Shown here piece after piece: positions 1-12,549 of a stretch of DNA of 64,000 bases. Both the position numbers and the translations under genes were made by a program. Below the pieces are notes generated by a model. It did not search any database and was not told the DNA's origin. It saw nothing but the letters and a program-made list of their open reading frames with translations. The number at the start of each line of letters is the position of its first letter. Position 1 is the first letter of the stretch. Source of the DNA: Macrostomum lignano (taxonomy: Eukaryota); contig NIVC01001170.1 in the NCBI GenBank assembly GCA_002269645.1, forward strand, positions 1 to 64,000. Reading direction: 5' to 3'.

Positions 1-2053
1 GGGGGATACTTCCCCCCCCTCCCTACGCCATTGTTTACAGCTGCTGGAAACTAAAACTACAACGATTATTTGCTCTCATAATTTGTAAAATTTTAAACAT
101 GTAGGGCCTTGCCCTTGGGTCTTTGTGGTTCACTATTTTACGACAATTTATTTATGTCGTTTTCAAAAACACGTTTTCTAAGACATGGTAAACAAAAGTC
201 TTTCGCAATTGCAATTTCTGAAACGTCAATCTAAATATACTAAATCTCTAATATTTGTATGCTTGTAAACTACTAGTCTTCACCGACCGTCGATGTATCG
301 ACTGCTGCCAGTTATTAGTTAACCCAAATAACATTGATGCAGCAGGGATGCAACTGTCACGTTATTTGACGTTGGCCGTGACCCTTAAAAGGGCCGTTTT
401 AGTCCCAAAATAAGTTGAAGTCAACTTAGGCGAAGTGGATGGTGTAGCGGAGCACTTGCGATAAGGCAGGAACTGCCGTAGTTGTCTTTATTGTTAATAT
501 CAGTATTAAGTTTGGTTGTTACTGGCAATAAACAGACTATAGCTTTCTGGGCACTGGCGGCTGCAACAATGGGTTGAATATAATTTGGATATGAAGTCAA
601 GTGGCAGCGAATGACACAATGGCGACGTGACGTGAGCAGTGGCTATGAGCACAGTGAAGGCAGTGAAAACGTAGTGGCGAGTTTGGCGTCGGTCGTGGCG
701 TGAGACAGTCAAGTAAGTGTGTGAGCAGGCTGGCCCAGGCAGAGGGGCCGTGGTGAGAAATAAGGAGGCTCGAGCAGCCAGACAAACAGATAAGACAGCT
801 AAGAGGCAGCAGGGAAGAAAACCAAGAGAGCGAGAGGAGTGTGGAGTGCCCGCCGCCAGGCGGGGGTTTAATAAAAGAGCGCAGAGGGGGGTAGCGCGAG
901 CAACGAGTGATTTCATTGGCTGGCGAGAGAACTTAAAATTATCGATCGTGCCAATTTTATACGGTCGCGAGAGAGGATAGCAAAATATACAGTGAATTAG
1001 AAATTTCCACAAAATCGTTGGCATTACTACAAGTAAACGTCGCAATAAACGAATGGAAAAGTTTAGTTGAAACGGTGAAACTGAAGGGTTGAAACTATGG
1101 AGAAACAGTAGTCCAACGGCCCTTTTCGGGACCACCTTAAACTGACAACGTCACACAACGCAAGTTTTAGCGACAGAAATTTAACATGGACAAATTCGTC
1201 GAAACGCGAAAGCAAGCAAATTAGGCGATAAGTCTTCGATATAGCCAAAGTTAAAGCAAATAAAATTTAAGGTTTTCTTAAAAAAATTCTAGAAAGCTAA
1301 TGAATGACCTCTGATAGAATAAAATGCTTTCGATCGAATTGAAATATATTGGATATTGCGTTTCTTTGAGAATAAACAAAGCATATCTTGACCTTGAGAA
1401 GCACATTTATTTAGGAAGCATGCAGATGCACATCAGAAATAATGGATAGGCCAGTAGGCCTAAAGTAAACTTGATTAAAATGGAAATTTCGTCTGACTAG
1501 GCCTAATACCATTTGTGTTGTACTGAAATAATTAGTGCCTATACTGTATACATACACTAGTATACACAATTGTTCTTCCTTCATTGTTGCCAGATTTGAC
1601 TAAGCCTAGGCCTAGTTACTAGATTGTTGCCAAATTTGTCCATGTCCATGGTGAATCTAAATCTCTAATGCCAAATTTTTGTTTGTTGCCAAATTGGTCA
1701 GCACCTACACTTACAGTAGGGAATACAAATTTGCAAATATTGGGCCTAATAGGCCCTAGTCCTATTCCTAAATTCTGACACTAAGCCTGTTATTTCAAAG
1801 GCCTATGCCCTTGCCCTTGGGTTATAGTCCTATGCCCCTGCCCTTGCTTGCCCTTAGCTTATTCAAAACTAGCCTATACCCTATCTTGGCTATCTAATTG
1901 AAATTGCTAAATAGGCCTATTTATTGAATTATTGACTATGCAATAACTAACTTACTTACTAAATAAGTAACGTGTAACCATAGTAAGTGCCTAAGTAACC
2001 TTAAATGCTTTGACCTTAACCTTAAATTAAGGTCTAACATGGTTAAAATTTAA

Positions 2054-2807
2054 CTAACTAACTAACTAAATAAATCTGGCACCTCAGCCATTAAAAGGCT
2101 CTTATGTTACTAGAAATAATTGGGTTCTAGATTGGGAGTGTACAAATGTACACAAGGTTTCTAAGCTAGAAAGAGTGACTGTGGCCAATAAGCTAAGCAG
2201 GCAACACTAGTTGGGCAAAAGGTGGGCCCTACCCTTGCTTTCAGGGCATTAAGCCTACTCCAAGCTCAAATCAAAACCTCCCTAGGGCCAGAGAGGGTTG
2301 AGTGAACCATTCAGGGAAGCCTGTGCCTTCTCCAAGGTTAGAAATGCAAAAAAAACAGTCATAAGACCGCCCCCATAGCCATGGCAACCCAAAGGTGCCT
2401 TCCCACCTACTAAACCTGGTAGGCCTACTTTTGCCAGACAGTCTCTTATCTTTGAAGCGGCAAGAAGGCTAATCGCTGGGACTATTTCACCCTTTGCTTC
2501 ACCAACCCACTATTTTTATAAGGCCATGCCAATGGCCCGTCCTAGTTAGACTCAGTCCTGGTTCTGGCACATTCCAGCTTTAATAGAGTTGCTGGCTGTT
2601 TGCTCAAAGGACACTCCAAGGGAGACAGATCATCAGAGCATCAACTGGAACAAGTATAGGCCTGCCTTCCTATACAGCTACCCACAGCCCTTCCTGATTG
2701 ACTATTACCCTCCAACCTAGCCTACTAACTCATTATAAGCTTTCAGTTAGGCAGAGACAGGTGTCACAGGGGTACTGCAGTTAGGCATCTCTATGCGAAA
2801 CAAAACC
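2054..2807. mobile_element. Degenerate interspersed insertion with 18-bp direct repeats and a (CTAA)n end
   Basis: AACATGGTTAAAATTTAA is identical at 2036-2053 and 2808-2825. CTAACTAACTAACTAAATAAA follows the left copy. This resembles a retroposed copy with a TSD; the family is not recognised. Confidence 0.55.
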
Positions 2808-3169
2808 AACATGGTTAAAATTTAAAATTCTTATTGGATATAAGACAGATACTATATAACTAGATAGTTCACTTAGTTAATTTACTCTTAGTTATACTAC
2901 TCTTAGGACTAGCTATTAGTAGCCTAATAAAAATAGCCAAAATAAAGAATCAATTTTGCAAATTTTATAAAGTAGGCCTAGTTTTTTGATAGCAAGGCCA
3001 AGGCCATAATTTGATATTATTATTATATAATTTCAAATTATATATAATTTGATTTTTGATTTTAAAAATAAAATAAATAATATAATATATAATAATATAT
3101 CAAATTCTACTTTCATATATTTATACTGGTATTGTATAAGCTAAAGGCTAAGGAATTATCCTTATAATA

Positions 3170-3760
3170 TAGGAGCTTTTCCTTCTTAAAAGCTCCTTTA
3201 AGAGTTGCATCTTAGACATCTTCTAGCAATAGCTTATAGCACCTGAAGAAGATACATTGTCACATACTAGTTGGCAATCATTGCTATGTTTCTAGTAGAA
3301 TAGGTCCTATCTATGACTAGACTGCTATGAGCCACAACAATAGCCATTACTGCTTAGTGTTGCTTTGTGACTAGACCAATTTTAAAGGCAGCTCTGCTTT
3401 TTACAGGGACCCATTGCAATGACTGCTGTTTACTTTCAAGGTCAAAGCTGTGCACCCAAATCTTGTCTCCACTGATGACCTCCCAGGTGCTTGTTGACCT
3501 GCCTTTATCAAATATATCTAGCTGGGCTTGATACCAATGAGCCTCAGCTTGCTTTTATGCCTCAGTCAGGTAATGAGGCACTTAGCACGCAAACACCTTA
3601 CTTAGCTTGAGCTTTTCATGCAAAATGCTCAACATACTTCCCAATGAAATGTCAATAGCATTGGATAACTATTGCACTATTGATTGTGGATCTATGGGGA
3701 TCAATGCCTGCACTGCAGCCATATTTGCATCAGTTGTTAAATAGATACCTCATGCCACAA
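3170..3760 (-). pseudogene. Decayed mariner-type transposase
   Basis: The minus strand reads LHEKLKLSKVFAC*VPHYLTEA*KQ..WEVISGDKIWVHSFDLESKQQSLQWV. This corresponds to mariner WVPH(E/L)L, TGDETW and YDPE..QS..W motifs, with several stops. Confidence 0.75.
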
Positions 3761-5348
3761 TGCAGGTCAACTTGTTGAAATGTGCATTGCATACTTTCAA
3801 ATTGCACTTTTGAATTGCTATAGCCTGTAAGCTCTAAATCTAGCTCCAGAAATCCTTTCTATCATCCATTGAGTAACCACCACTTCATCTGCCAAGAATC
3901 TATGCATTGCACTAGACTTCTAGTATTGCTAATGCAAGTGTATGCTTGACAGTTTGAGCTATTTGTGCAAGTGGCCGTATAATCTTTGAGCTGAATATAG
4001 AATTTTGCATGACCATAGCCTATGAAAACTATTTGATTATATATATGATTGCAAATCATACTAGAAAAATTAAATGCATGATCCGTGTAGACAAGAAACT
4101 AGGCTTTACCAAATGCTCTTAAAGCAAACAAAGACAAACACTATACTTATATTGAGATTGGTTCATAGACTGCATAGTGTGTATATTATGGTTTATATAG
4201 CCTCCTTAACCCTTTTACCACCCTTTTATCCCCTTTCTGTGTGGCTTTGTTGGTTGGATTTTACTAAAGTCAAGGTAGTGAAAAAAGTTCTGCTTAGCTA
4301 GATGGCTTGTACAGCCCTCAGCCTCCACCCCTTCACCCTCTCCCCCCATTCAAACTGCTATAAGCTAGCAATAAGGTTGAAAAAGAAAGCATTTAGTGGA
4401 AATTTAGGCACAAAAACCTAGCTTAAAGTCAGGAATATACATTGTTTAAATGATTGAAAACTTCATTTCTTATCAAGTTAATTTTAATCACTAACAATTA
4501 TGTTTCTTATAGTTTGCATTTACACTACTATCCTAAGAGTAGTATTGTTTTTTAACCCTCTGTAAGATGGGGAATGACCTATCTACTTATATAGTATCTA
4601 TGGCAATATAAAAATAAAGATAAATAGTATATAAAAGGCAAGGGATAGATCTAGAGGGGGCCATGGCCAAAAAATTTTTGGGCTATAGTGCTTGGTATAG
4701 CTTGTCTTGCCCCAAAAAAATTTTAGATTGGTGCCTAATAGAAGGACACTAAGAAAAGGCAGAGGCATGTAATATAGATAATTACTATTTTTGTGGGAGA
4801 ATTTGTGTTAGTCATAAGATCTTTAGCTCTAGCTAATCAATACCAAATATATATGGCTACTAGACATTTCAACTCTAGTATTTATACTCTCTTATTGTAT
4901 TTCCATTCTATAATTTCCCCTTGGTGGCACGTACGAGTAATCTGTGCATTTTCTTTGCATCTATAAAAACAAGAATAAAATTGGGCACATTGACATAGCA
5001 CTCCAACGAACAAAAACTCCAGCAGAAAATATTCAAAAATGTTTTAAAAAATGTTCAATCAATTTGAAAACTATTGGTCTGGCAGTGGCACCAGTGCAGA
5101 CCCCAATGTCCAGTCTGCCAGCATAGCAACCAGCAAGTCTGTCCGGCCAAGCCGCATGTCCACGTCGGCTAATGCCGCAGGCCTAATGAGTCCCTGCAGT
5201 CCAAGTCAAAGCGTGCACGAAGGCCTTGCTCACTTTGAGCACCTGCAGCAGCAACAGAGAAGCGATCCAAATACACTTCCCACTGTTGGACAGTGTCCAG
5301 CCACGGCACAATGGACCGGGGTCTATCAGATATTGTCGAACTGCGTAG

Positions 5349-8300
5349 CCTGTCCTCGCTGTGGCCGCAGCTAAGCCTCGCCAGGTGCTCAACTCTCGTT
5401 GGGGTCATCGGTTTGTATTAGTCAGCTTGGAGCAGCCAACTTACTGCGATTTCTGCGGACAGGCGCTCTTTGGATTGGTGCATCGGTAATTCCTATGCTG
5501 TCTGCCCTTCCTATGCTGTCTGCCCTTCGTATGCTGTCTGCCCTTCCTATGCTGTCTGCCCTTCCTCTGCTGTCTATCTGCCTTTCCCCTGCTGTCTATC
5601 TGCCTTTCCTCTGCTGTCTATCTGCCTTCCCCCTGCTGTCTATCTGCCTTTTCTCTGCTGTCTATCTGCCTTTCCCCTGCTGTCTATCTGCCTTTCCTCT
5701 ACTGTCTATCTGCCTTTACTCTGCTGTCTATCTGCCTTTCCTCTGCTATTTATCTGCCTTTCCTCTGCTATCTGCCTTTCCTCTGCTGTCTATCTGCCTT
5801 TCCTCTGCTGTCTATCTGCCTTTCCTCTGCTGTCTATCTGCCTTTCCCTGCTGTCTATCTGCCTTTCCTCTGCTGTCTATCTGCCTTTTCTCTGCTGTCT
5901 ATCTGCCTTTCCTCTGCTGTCTATCCGCCTTTCCTCTGCTGTCTATCTGCCTTTCCCTGCTGTCTATCTGCCTTTCCTCTGCTGTCTATCTGCCTTTCCT
6001 CTGCTATTTATCTGCCTTTCCTCTGCTATCGCCTTTCCTCTGCTGTCTATCTGCCTTTCCTCTGCTGTCTATCTGCCTTTCCCTGCTATTTATCTGCCTT
6101 TCCTCTGCTGTCTATCTCCCTTTCCTCTGCTGTCTATCTGCCTTTCCTCTGCTGTCTATCTGCCTTTCCTCTGCTATTTATCTGCCTTTCCTCTGCTATC
6201 TGCCTTTCCTCTGCTGTCTATCTGCCTTTCCTCTGCTGTCTATCTGCCTTTCCCCTGCTATTTATCTGCCTTTCCTCTGCTGTCTATCTCCCTTTCCTCT
6301 GCTGTCTATATGCCTTTCCTCTGCTGTCTATCTGCCCTTCCTCTGCTGTCTATCCGCCTTTCCTCTGCTGTCTATCTGCCTTTCCTCTGCTGTCTATCTG
6401 CCTTTCCTCTGCTATTTATCTGCCTTTCCTCTGCTATCTGCCTTTCCTCTGCTGTCTATCTGCCTTTCCTCTGCTGTCTATCTGCCTTTCCCCTGCTATT
6501 TATCTGCCTTTCCTCTGCTGTCTATCTCCCTTTCCTCTGCTGTCTATATGCCTTTCCTCTGCTGTCTATCTGCCCTTCCTCTGCTGTCTATCCGCCTTTC
6601 CTCTGCTGTCTATCTGCCTTTCCTCTGCTGTCAATCTGCCTTTCCTCTGCTGTCTATCCGCCTTTCCTCTGCTGTCTATCTGCCTTTGCTGTCTATCCTT
6701 TGTTTTCTATTACTGCTATCTTCTCTTTATTTATTCTTTTATCTGTTATAATATTCTGCATTTATCAAAACTGCATAGTGCCAATTCCTACCTAACCTAA
6801 TGCTTGGAACATTAACCTTCCACGCAGGTGCGAATACTGCTGCACCACATGCCACACGATCTGTTCGGAGCGGCTCTGCCTCTCGTGCCGGCGTCCTTCG
6901 CCGTTTACTCGCGACACCAGCAACGGCAACAATGACGGCGACCTGTCCCCGTTTGACGTCTTCGAAACTGCCAAGTCCGACCTGTGGATGGTGAGATGGG
7001 ATCGGGACTCAAAGCAGTGATTAGGGATCTTTGAGATAGGAACCCAAAGCAGTGATTAGGGATCTGTGAGATCGGGACTCAAAGCAGTGATTAGGGATCT
7101 TTGAGATCGGGACTCAAAGCAGTGATTAGGAATCTTTGAGATCGGGACTCAAAGCAGTGATTAGGGATCTGAGAGATCGGGACTCAAAGCAGTGATTAGG
7201 GATCTGAGAGATCGGGACTCAAAGCAGTGATTAGGGATCTTTGAGATAGGAACCAAAGCAGTGATTAGGGATCTTTGAGATCGGGACTCAAAGTAGTGAT
7301 TAGGGATCTGAGAGATCGGGACTCAAAGCAGTGATTAGGGATCTTTGAGATAGGAACCCAAAGCAGTGATTAGGGATCTTTGAGATAGAACCCAAAGCAG
7401 TGATTAGGGATCTGAGAGATCGGGACTCAAAGCAGTGATTAGGGATCTTTGAGATAGGAACCCAAAGCAGTGATTAGGGATCTTTGAGATCGGGACTCAA
7501 AGCAGTGATTAGGGATCTGTGAGATCGGGACTCAAAGTAGTGATTAGGGATCTTTGAGATCGGGACTCAAAGCAGTGATTAGGAATCTTTGAGATCGGGA
7601 CTCAAAGCAGTGATTAGGGATCTGAGAGATCGGGACTCAAAGCAGTGATTAGGAATCTTTGAGATCGGGACTCAAAGCAGTGATTAGGGATCTGAGAGAT
7701 CGGGACTCGGTTTTGAATTATGCCTCTATTTTATCGACAACAGGCTCTCGGCTCCTCTTCTGTCGCGTCCACCCTGGCGGACCAGGAGGCCGTGGCCTAC
7801 ACGCCCCGACTTCGAGGTCAGCAGCAGCCGCAGCAGCTGGCGGCGGCGGCGGCCGCTTCGGAGGACGCCGAAGGTCAGAAACGGCGCAGCAGGCGCGGTG
7901 GCGGCCGCCGTCAACGACGCACTCGAACGTCCAGCGCGGATACCCTGCTCAGCGGTCAGAACAGTCTGCTGATGTCGCCCGGCGGCGACTGCAGCCTTGG
8001 CCAGATAGAGGGCGACGGCTGCGATGTCGATCAAGATGAGGATGAGTTCTCATCCCCTGAATCTAGCGATGGTGGCGACAACTATAGCACGGCGTCTACT
8101 GACGTCATGTCCTCCATGCTCACCTCCCCGATGTCGTCTTTGCCAGCGCCGCCGTCGCCGCCTGATTCGCCGATTCATTGTCGCCGACGTCAGGTCGACG
8201 CCGACGCTTGCGAATGCCGATTCGCCAGCCTGCTGTCCTCGGAGGCGGCCTACAGCTTGAGCAGTCTGGACACAGCCTCGTTGGCTCACGCCGGCATCCG

Positions 8301-8507
8301 GGTGCTGGAGTCCGGCTCTTCGGCTGATGGTGCCGGCGGAGACGCCGCTGGTAACGACGACAGCGGCGACTCCGACAAAGCAGCGATTGCTAGCGTCAGC
8401 GAGGCCAGGAGCTTTTACTGCGACTGGACGGCCGAGAGGCTTCGGCGGCATCTCAGCGAGCTGACAGCCAGGCTGCCCGGTAGACTGGGCTTTGGATTTA
8501 GATAGAT

Positions 8508-8567
<60 letters not shown>

Positions 8568-11522
8568 TAGTAGATAGATGGATAGATAGATAGATAGATA
8601 GATAGACGGGGAGATAGATGGATGGATAGATAGACAGACAGACAAACAGACAGACAGGTGGATATATACATGCACATGTCTGCAGTTAGATGGATGGATG
8701 GGTAGCCATGACACTCATAAACATAAGCCACCCAACTCCCCCAGCTGACAATGACCGATGGCCCCGGTGTATTTGAAAAACCCAGAGAACACAGTCACTG
8801 TTTGCAGAAAAGAAGCTAGAAGAGAGGACAAGCTAAACTATAAACAACTTGGTCACCATACCCCCCCCCCACCCGAATCCCCTTGCCAGGCCAGGAGTTC
8901 CGCCCCGTTCGCTCTTTAACCTCTACGTCGGCTGCCGCCGTTACTGACGACGACAAAGATGATAATGCGCCGCAATTTCGCGGCTCCCTCAGGGTGCACG
9001 TGAACCTCATGCGGCCAGTCAGAGCTGAGCAGCCGTCGGCGGCGTTCTTCCTGCCTAGGGGCAACGCCACCCTGCTGCACGACTTGGACAGCCGGGACAC
9101 GGCCGATCGGGTCGTCTCGCTGCTGCTAGCCAAGCACAGGATTAGAGACCCGCCGCATAAGTTTGCCTTGTTTGAGCACGAGATTAGGGGCGATCGGACT
9201 GGTGAGATTGGCTTAGGGATTGTTGCTAGGGTGTTTAGTCATGGTTGCTAGGGTATTTAGTGATGGTTGCTAGGGTATTTGAGTGATTTTGGTGATTGTT
9301 GCTAGGGAATTTAGTTATTGTTGCTAGGGTATTTGAGTGATTTTGGTGATTGTTGCTAGGGTATTTAGTGATTGTTGCTAGGGTATTTGAGTGATTTTGG
9401 TGATTATTGCTAGGGAATTTAGTGATTGTTGCTAGGGTATTTGGCGATTGTTGCTAGGGTATTTAGTGATTGTTGCTAGGGTATTTGGCGATTGTTTCTA
9501 GGTATTTAGTGATTGTTGCTAGGGTATTTGAGTGATTTTGGTGATTGTTGCTAGGGAATTTAGTGATTGTTGCTAGGGTATTTAGTAATGGTTGCTAGGG
9601 TATTTAGTGAATGTTGCTATGGAATTAAATAATTGTTGCTAGGGTATTTAGTGATGGTTGCTAGGGTATTTAGTGAATGTTGCTGGGGTATTTAGTGATT
9701 GTTGCTAGGGTATTTAGTGATGGTTGCTAGGGTATTTAGTGATGGTTGCTAGGGTATTTAGTGATGGTTGCTAGGGTATATTTAGTAATGGTTGCTAGGT
9801 TGTTCAGTGATTGTTGCTAGGGTATTTAAAATCCGTTTTACTAAAGTTTTCGCAGCTCTCAGAACGGTCTTTCTTTCTCGCTTGATTTCATTCGCGCAGT
9901 GATCGTTCGGAAACTGATGCAGCACGAGAGACCGCTAGAGATTCTGCTGTCCTGGACCACCCTGCCGCCAGCCGAGATGCAGTTGGCTTTCGAGAGACGA
10001 AAATTTATTTTACAAGAGAACGAGTCCTCGACTGTGGATGTGAGCGGCTTCGCTTAGCGATTGGCTTTCTCTTGTCTGCCTGGTTGCTTGGATTGGCTCT
10101 CCCTTCTTCCTCTCTCTCTCCGTCCCCTCTCCCCATCTCCCCTCTCCCGTCTCCCCTCTCTCCATCTCTCCGTCTCCCCCTCTCTCCGTCTCCCCTTGTC
10201 TCCCCGTCTCCCCTCTCCCCGTCTCCCCCTCTCTCCGTCTCCCCTCTCTCCGTCTCCCCTCTCCGCGTCTCCCCTCTCTCCGTCTCCCCCTCCCCGTCTC
10301 CTCTCTCCCCGTCTCCCCTCTCCCCGTCTCCCCCTCTCCCCGTCTCCCCCTCTCCCCGTCTCCCCCTCTCTCCGTCTCCCACTCCCCGTCTCCTCTCTCC
10401 CCGTCTCCCCCTCCCCGTCTCCTCTCTCCCCGTCTCCTCTCTCTCCGTCTCCCCCTCCCCGTCTCCTCTCTCTCCGTCTCCCCTCTCCGCGTCTCCCCCT
10501 CTCTCCGTCTCCCCCCCCCGTCTCCTCTCTCCCCGTCTCCCCTCTCCCCGTCTCCCCTCTCTTCGTCTCCCCCTCTCTCCGTCTCCCCTCTCCGCGTCTC
10601 CCCCTCTCTTCGTCTCCCCCTCTCTCCGTCTCCCCCTCCCCGTCTCCCCTCTCCCGTCTCCCCCTCTCCCGTCTCCCCCTCTCTCCGTCTCCCCCTCTCT
10701 CCGTCTCCCCTCTCCGCGTCTCCCCCTCTCTCCGTCTCCCCCTCCCCGTCTCCTCTCTCCCCGTCTCCCCCTCTCTCCGTCTCCCCCTCTCCCCGTCTCC
10801 CCTCTCCCCGTCTCCCCCTCTCTCCGTCTCCCCCTCCCCGTCTCCTCTCTCCCGTCTCCTCTCTCCCCGTCTCCTCTCTCTCCGTCTCCCCCTCCCCGTC
10901 TCCTCTCTCTCCGTCTCCCCTCTCCGCGTCTCCCCCTCTCTCCGTCTCCCCCTCCCCGTCTCCTCTCTCCCCGTCTCCCCTCTCCCCGTCTCCCCCTCTC
11001 TTCGTCTCCCCCTCTCTCCGTCTCCCCTCTCCGCGTCTCCCCTCTCTTCGTCTCCCCCTCTCTCCGTCTCCCCCTCCCCGTCTCCCCTCTCCCCGTCTCC
11101 CCTCTCCCCGTCTCCCCCTCTCCCCGTCTCCCTCTCTCTCCATCTCCTCTTGTCTCCCCCTCTCTCCATCTCCCCCTCTCTCCGTCTCCCCTTGTCTCCC
11201 CGTCTCTCCGTCTCCCCTTGTCTCCCCGTCTCTCCGTCTCTCCGTCACCCCTCTCTCCGTCTCACCCCACATATTTAAAAAAGTTATGCTTCATCGATAT
11301 TAAAAACCCAACCCCTGTCCGCAGTGGCACGCGTTCACCATACCGGAGTTGAACAATTTCCTACTCATTCTAAGCCTAGAAGAGGAACAGCGAGCCAAAG
11401 AGATTCGATTAACATTCGACATCACTAGAAGCCAATTGCGGCGCAGACTGTTTGAACTCGAAAAGCAACAGAAGCAGCAAAAGCAGCAACAAGCCGCCGT
11501 TCCCAACGAATCCGATGCTTAA
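5349..11522 (+). CDS. RASSF: RASSF1/RASSF5-type Ras-association domain protein (C1 - RA - SARAH); 5' end unresolved
   Basis: Exons with GT..AG and matching phases: <=5349-5485, 6828-6990, 7744-8479, 8890-9201, 9900-10039, 11325-11522 (TAA). The spliced C1 domain reads GHRFVLVSLEQPTYCDFCGQALFGLVHR|CEYCCTTCHTICSERLCLSC. The RA domain reads FRGSLRVHVNLMRPV..FFLPRG..KFALFEHE..|VIVRKLMQHERPL..FILQENE. The SARAH domain reads WHAFTIPELNNFLLILSLEEE. An in-frame TAG at 5346 blocks a simple upstream start. Confidence 0.9.
5490..6700. repeat. ~22-bp minisatellite (TATCTGCCTTTCCTCTGCTGTC) filling RASSF intron 1
   Basis: Directly visible; it starts a few nt after the donor at 5486. Confidence 0.95.
6999..7708. 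repeat. 33-35-bp minisatellite (GAGATCGGGACTCAAAGCAGTGATTAGGGATCTTT) filling RASSF intron 2
   Basis: About 20 directly visible copies. Confidence 0.95.
8498..8702. repeat. (GATA)n/(GACA)n/(GATG)n microsatellite in RASSF intron 3
   Basis: Directly visible. Confidence 0.95.
9215..9826. repeat. 22-bp minisatellite (GTGATTGTTGCTAGGGTATTTA) filling RASSF intron 4
   Basis: Directly visible, with variant units. Confidence 0.95.
10075..11265. repeat. Pyrimidine-rich (CCGTCTCCCCTCT-like) satellite filling RASSF intron 5
   Basis: Directly visible; the + strand has almost no A. Confidence 0.95.
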
Positions 11523-11679
11523 CAACCATTGCGTTCCGTCTTGCCCTTTGCGTTCTTTCGCGCCATTTTGTATAGTGCTTTGTTTACTGCTGCTTTTTGA
11601 ATATGTGTAGTAGTTCTTTGTCCGACTGCACTAGCCTTTTTTGATTTTTTACGTCTTTAGGTTTTAGGTTTTTAGATCT

Positions 11680-12110
11680 TTTAGGTCCTTGTCACCACTT
11701 GCAATATCCCCTGATGCTTCAGTAGGTCTTTGTCCTTACTGGCAATATCCCCTGATGCTTCAGTAGGTCTTTGTCACCGCTGGCAATATCCCCTGATGCT
11801 TCAGTAGGTCTTTGTCCTTACTGGCAATATCCCCTGATGCTTCAGTAGGTCCTTGTCACCACTTGCAATATCACATGATCCTTCAGTAGGTCTTTGTTAC
11901 CCCTTGCAATATCCCCTGATGCTTCAGTAGGTCTTTGTCACCACTGGCAATATCCCCTGATGCTTCAGTAGGTCTTTGTCACCACTGGCAATATCCACCG
12001 ATGCTTCAGTAGGTCTTTGTCCTTACTGGCAAAATCCCTGATCCTTAAGTAGGTCTTTGTCCTTACTGGCAATATCCCCTGATCCTTAAGTAGGTCTTTG
12101 TCACCGCTGG
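11680..12110. repeat. 41-bp minisatellite downstream of the RASSF stop
   Basis: GCAATATC recurs at 11701 and 11742, continuing for about 10 copies. Confidence 0.9.
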
Positions 12111-12549
12111 TTCTATGTTTGCTATAGTTTTTTTACAATTGCTTTTTCGTGAACTTTTTATGTTGTACGCAATAGCAGAATTTCACACCCACAATCACTC
12201 TCGGCTGCTTTTGTAATTGCTATTGTTTTTCCAAAGTTGTGCATCTTTCAATAATATTATTGGCCATTGTCTTCTTTAACATCTCCTAATAGTGAAGCAA
12301 AGCTCTATTTGAATCTTCTAAGAGGCAATATTTTTTCGCTTTGCTTATGCTGTATGTAGCAACATATTTGTGTACAAATACACTACTTCGTAGTAAAGTA
12401 AGTCTTGTACTCGGTAGAGAACAGTTATTGTACTATTATGAATTCAAATATAATGTAAAGCATAAAAATTCTCGAACTAATGGAATTTTTAATTAAAGGC
12501 ATTTTTGCATATTTTGTGAATATTTCGGCTAAACACACCGATAATGCCA

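Noticed and set aside
443-1031. Possible solo LTR (TGTAG..CTACA ends, AATAAA, CCAAT)
   Set aside because: There is no matching TSD (GATGG versus AGTAA) and no clear PBS or PPT, so it is unsupported without other copies.
5399-6795. 450-aa and 441-aa Leu/Cys/Ser ORFs
   Set aside because: They are translations of the intron 1 minisatellite.
6999-7708. Interstitial telomere or CRISPR-like array
   Set aside because: There is only one TTAGGG per 33-35-bp unit, no unique spacers, and the context is a eukaryotic intron.
10005-11352. GERGD/LSPSP ORFs with many RGD and collagen-like triplets
   Set aside because: They are translations of the CT-rich intron 5 satellite.
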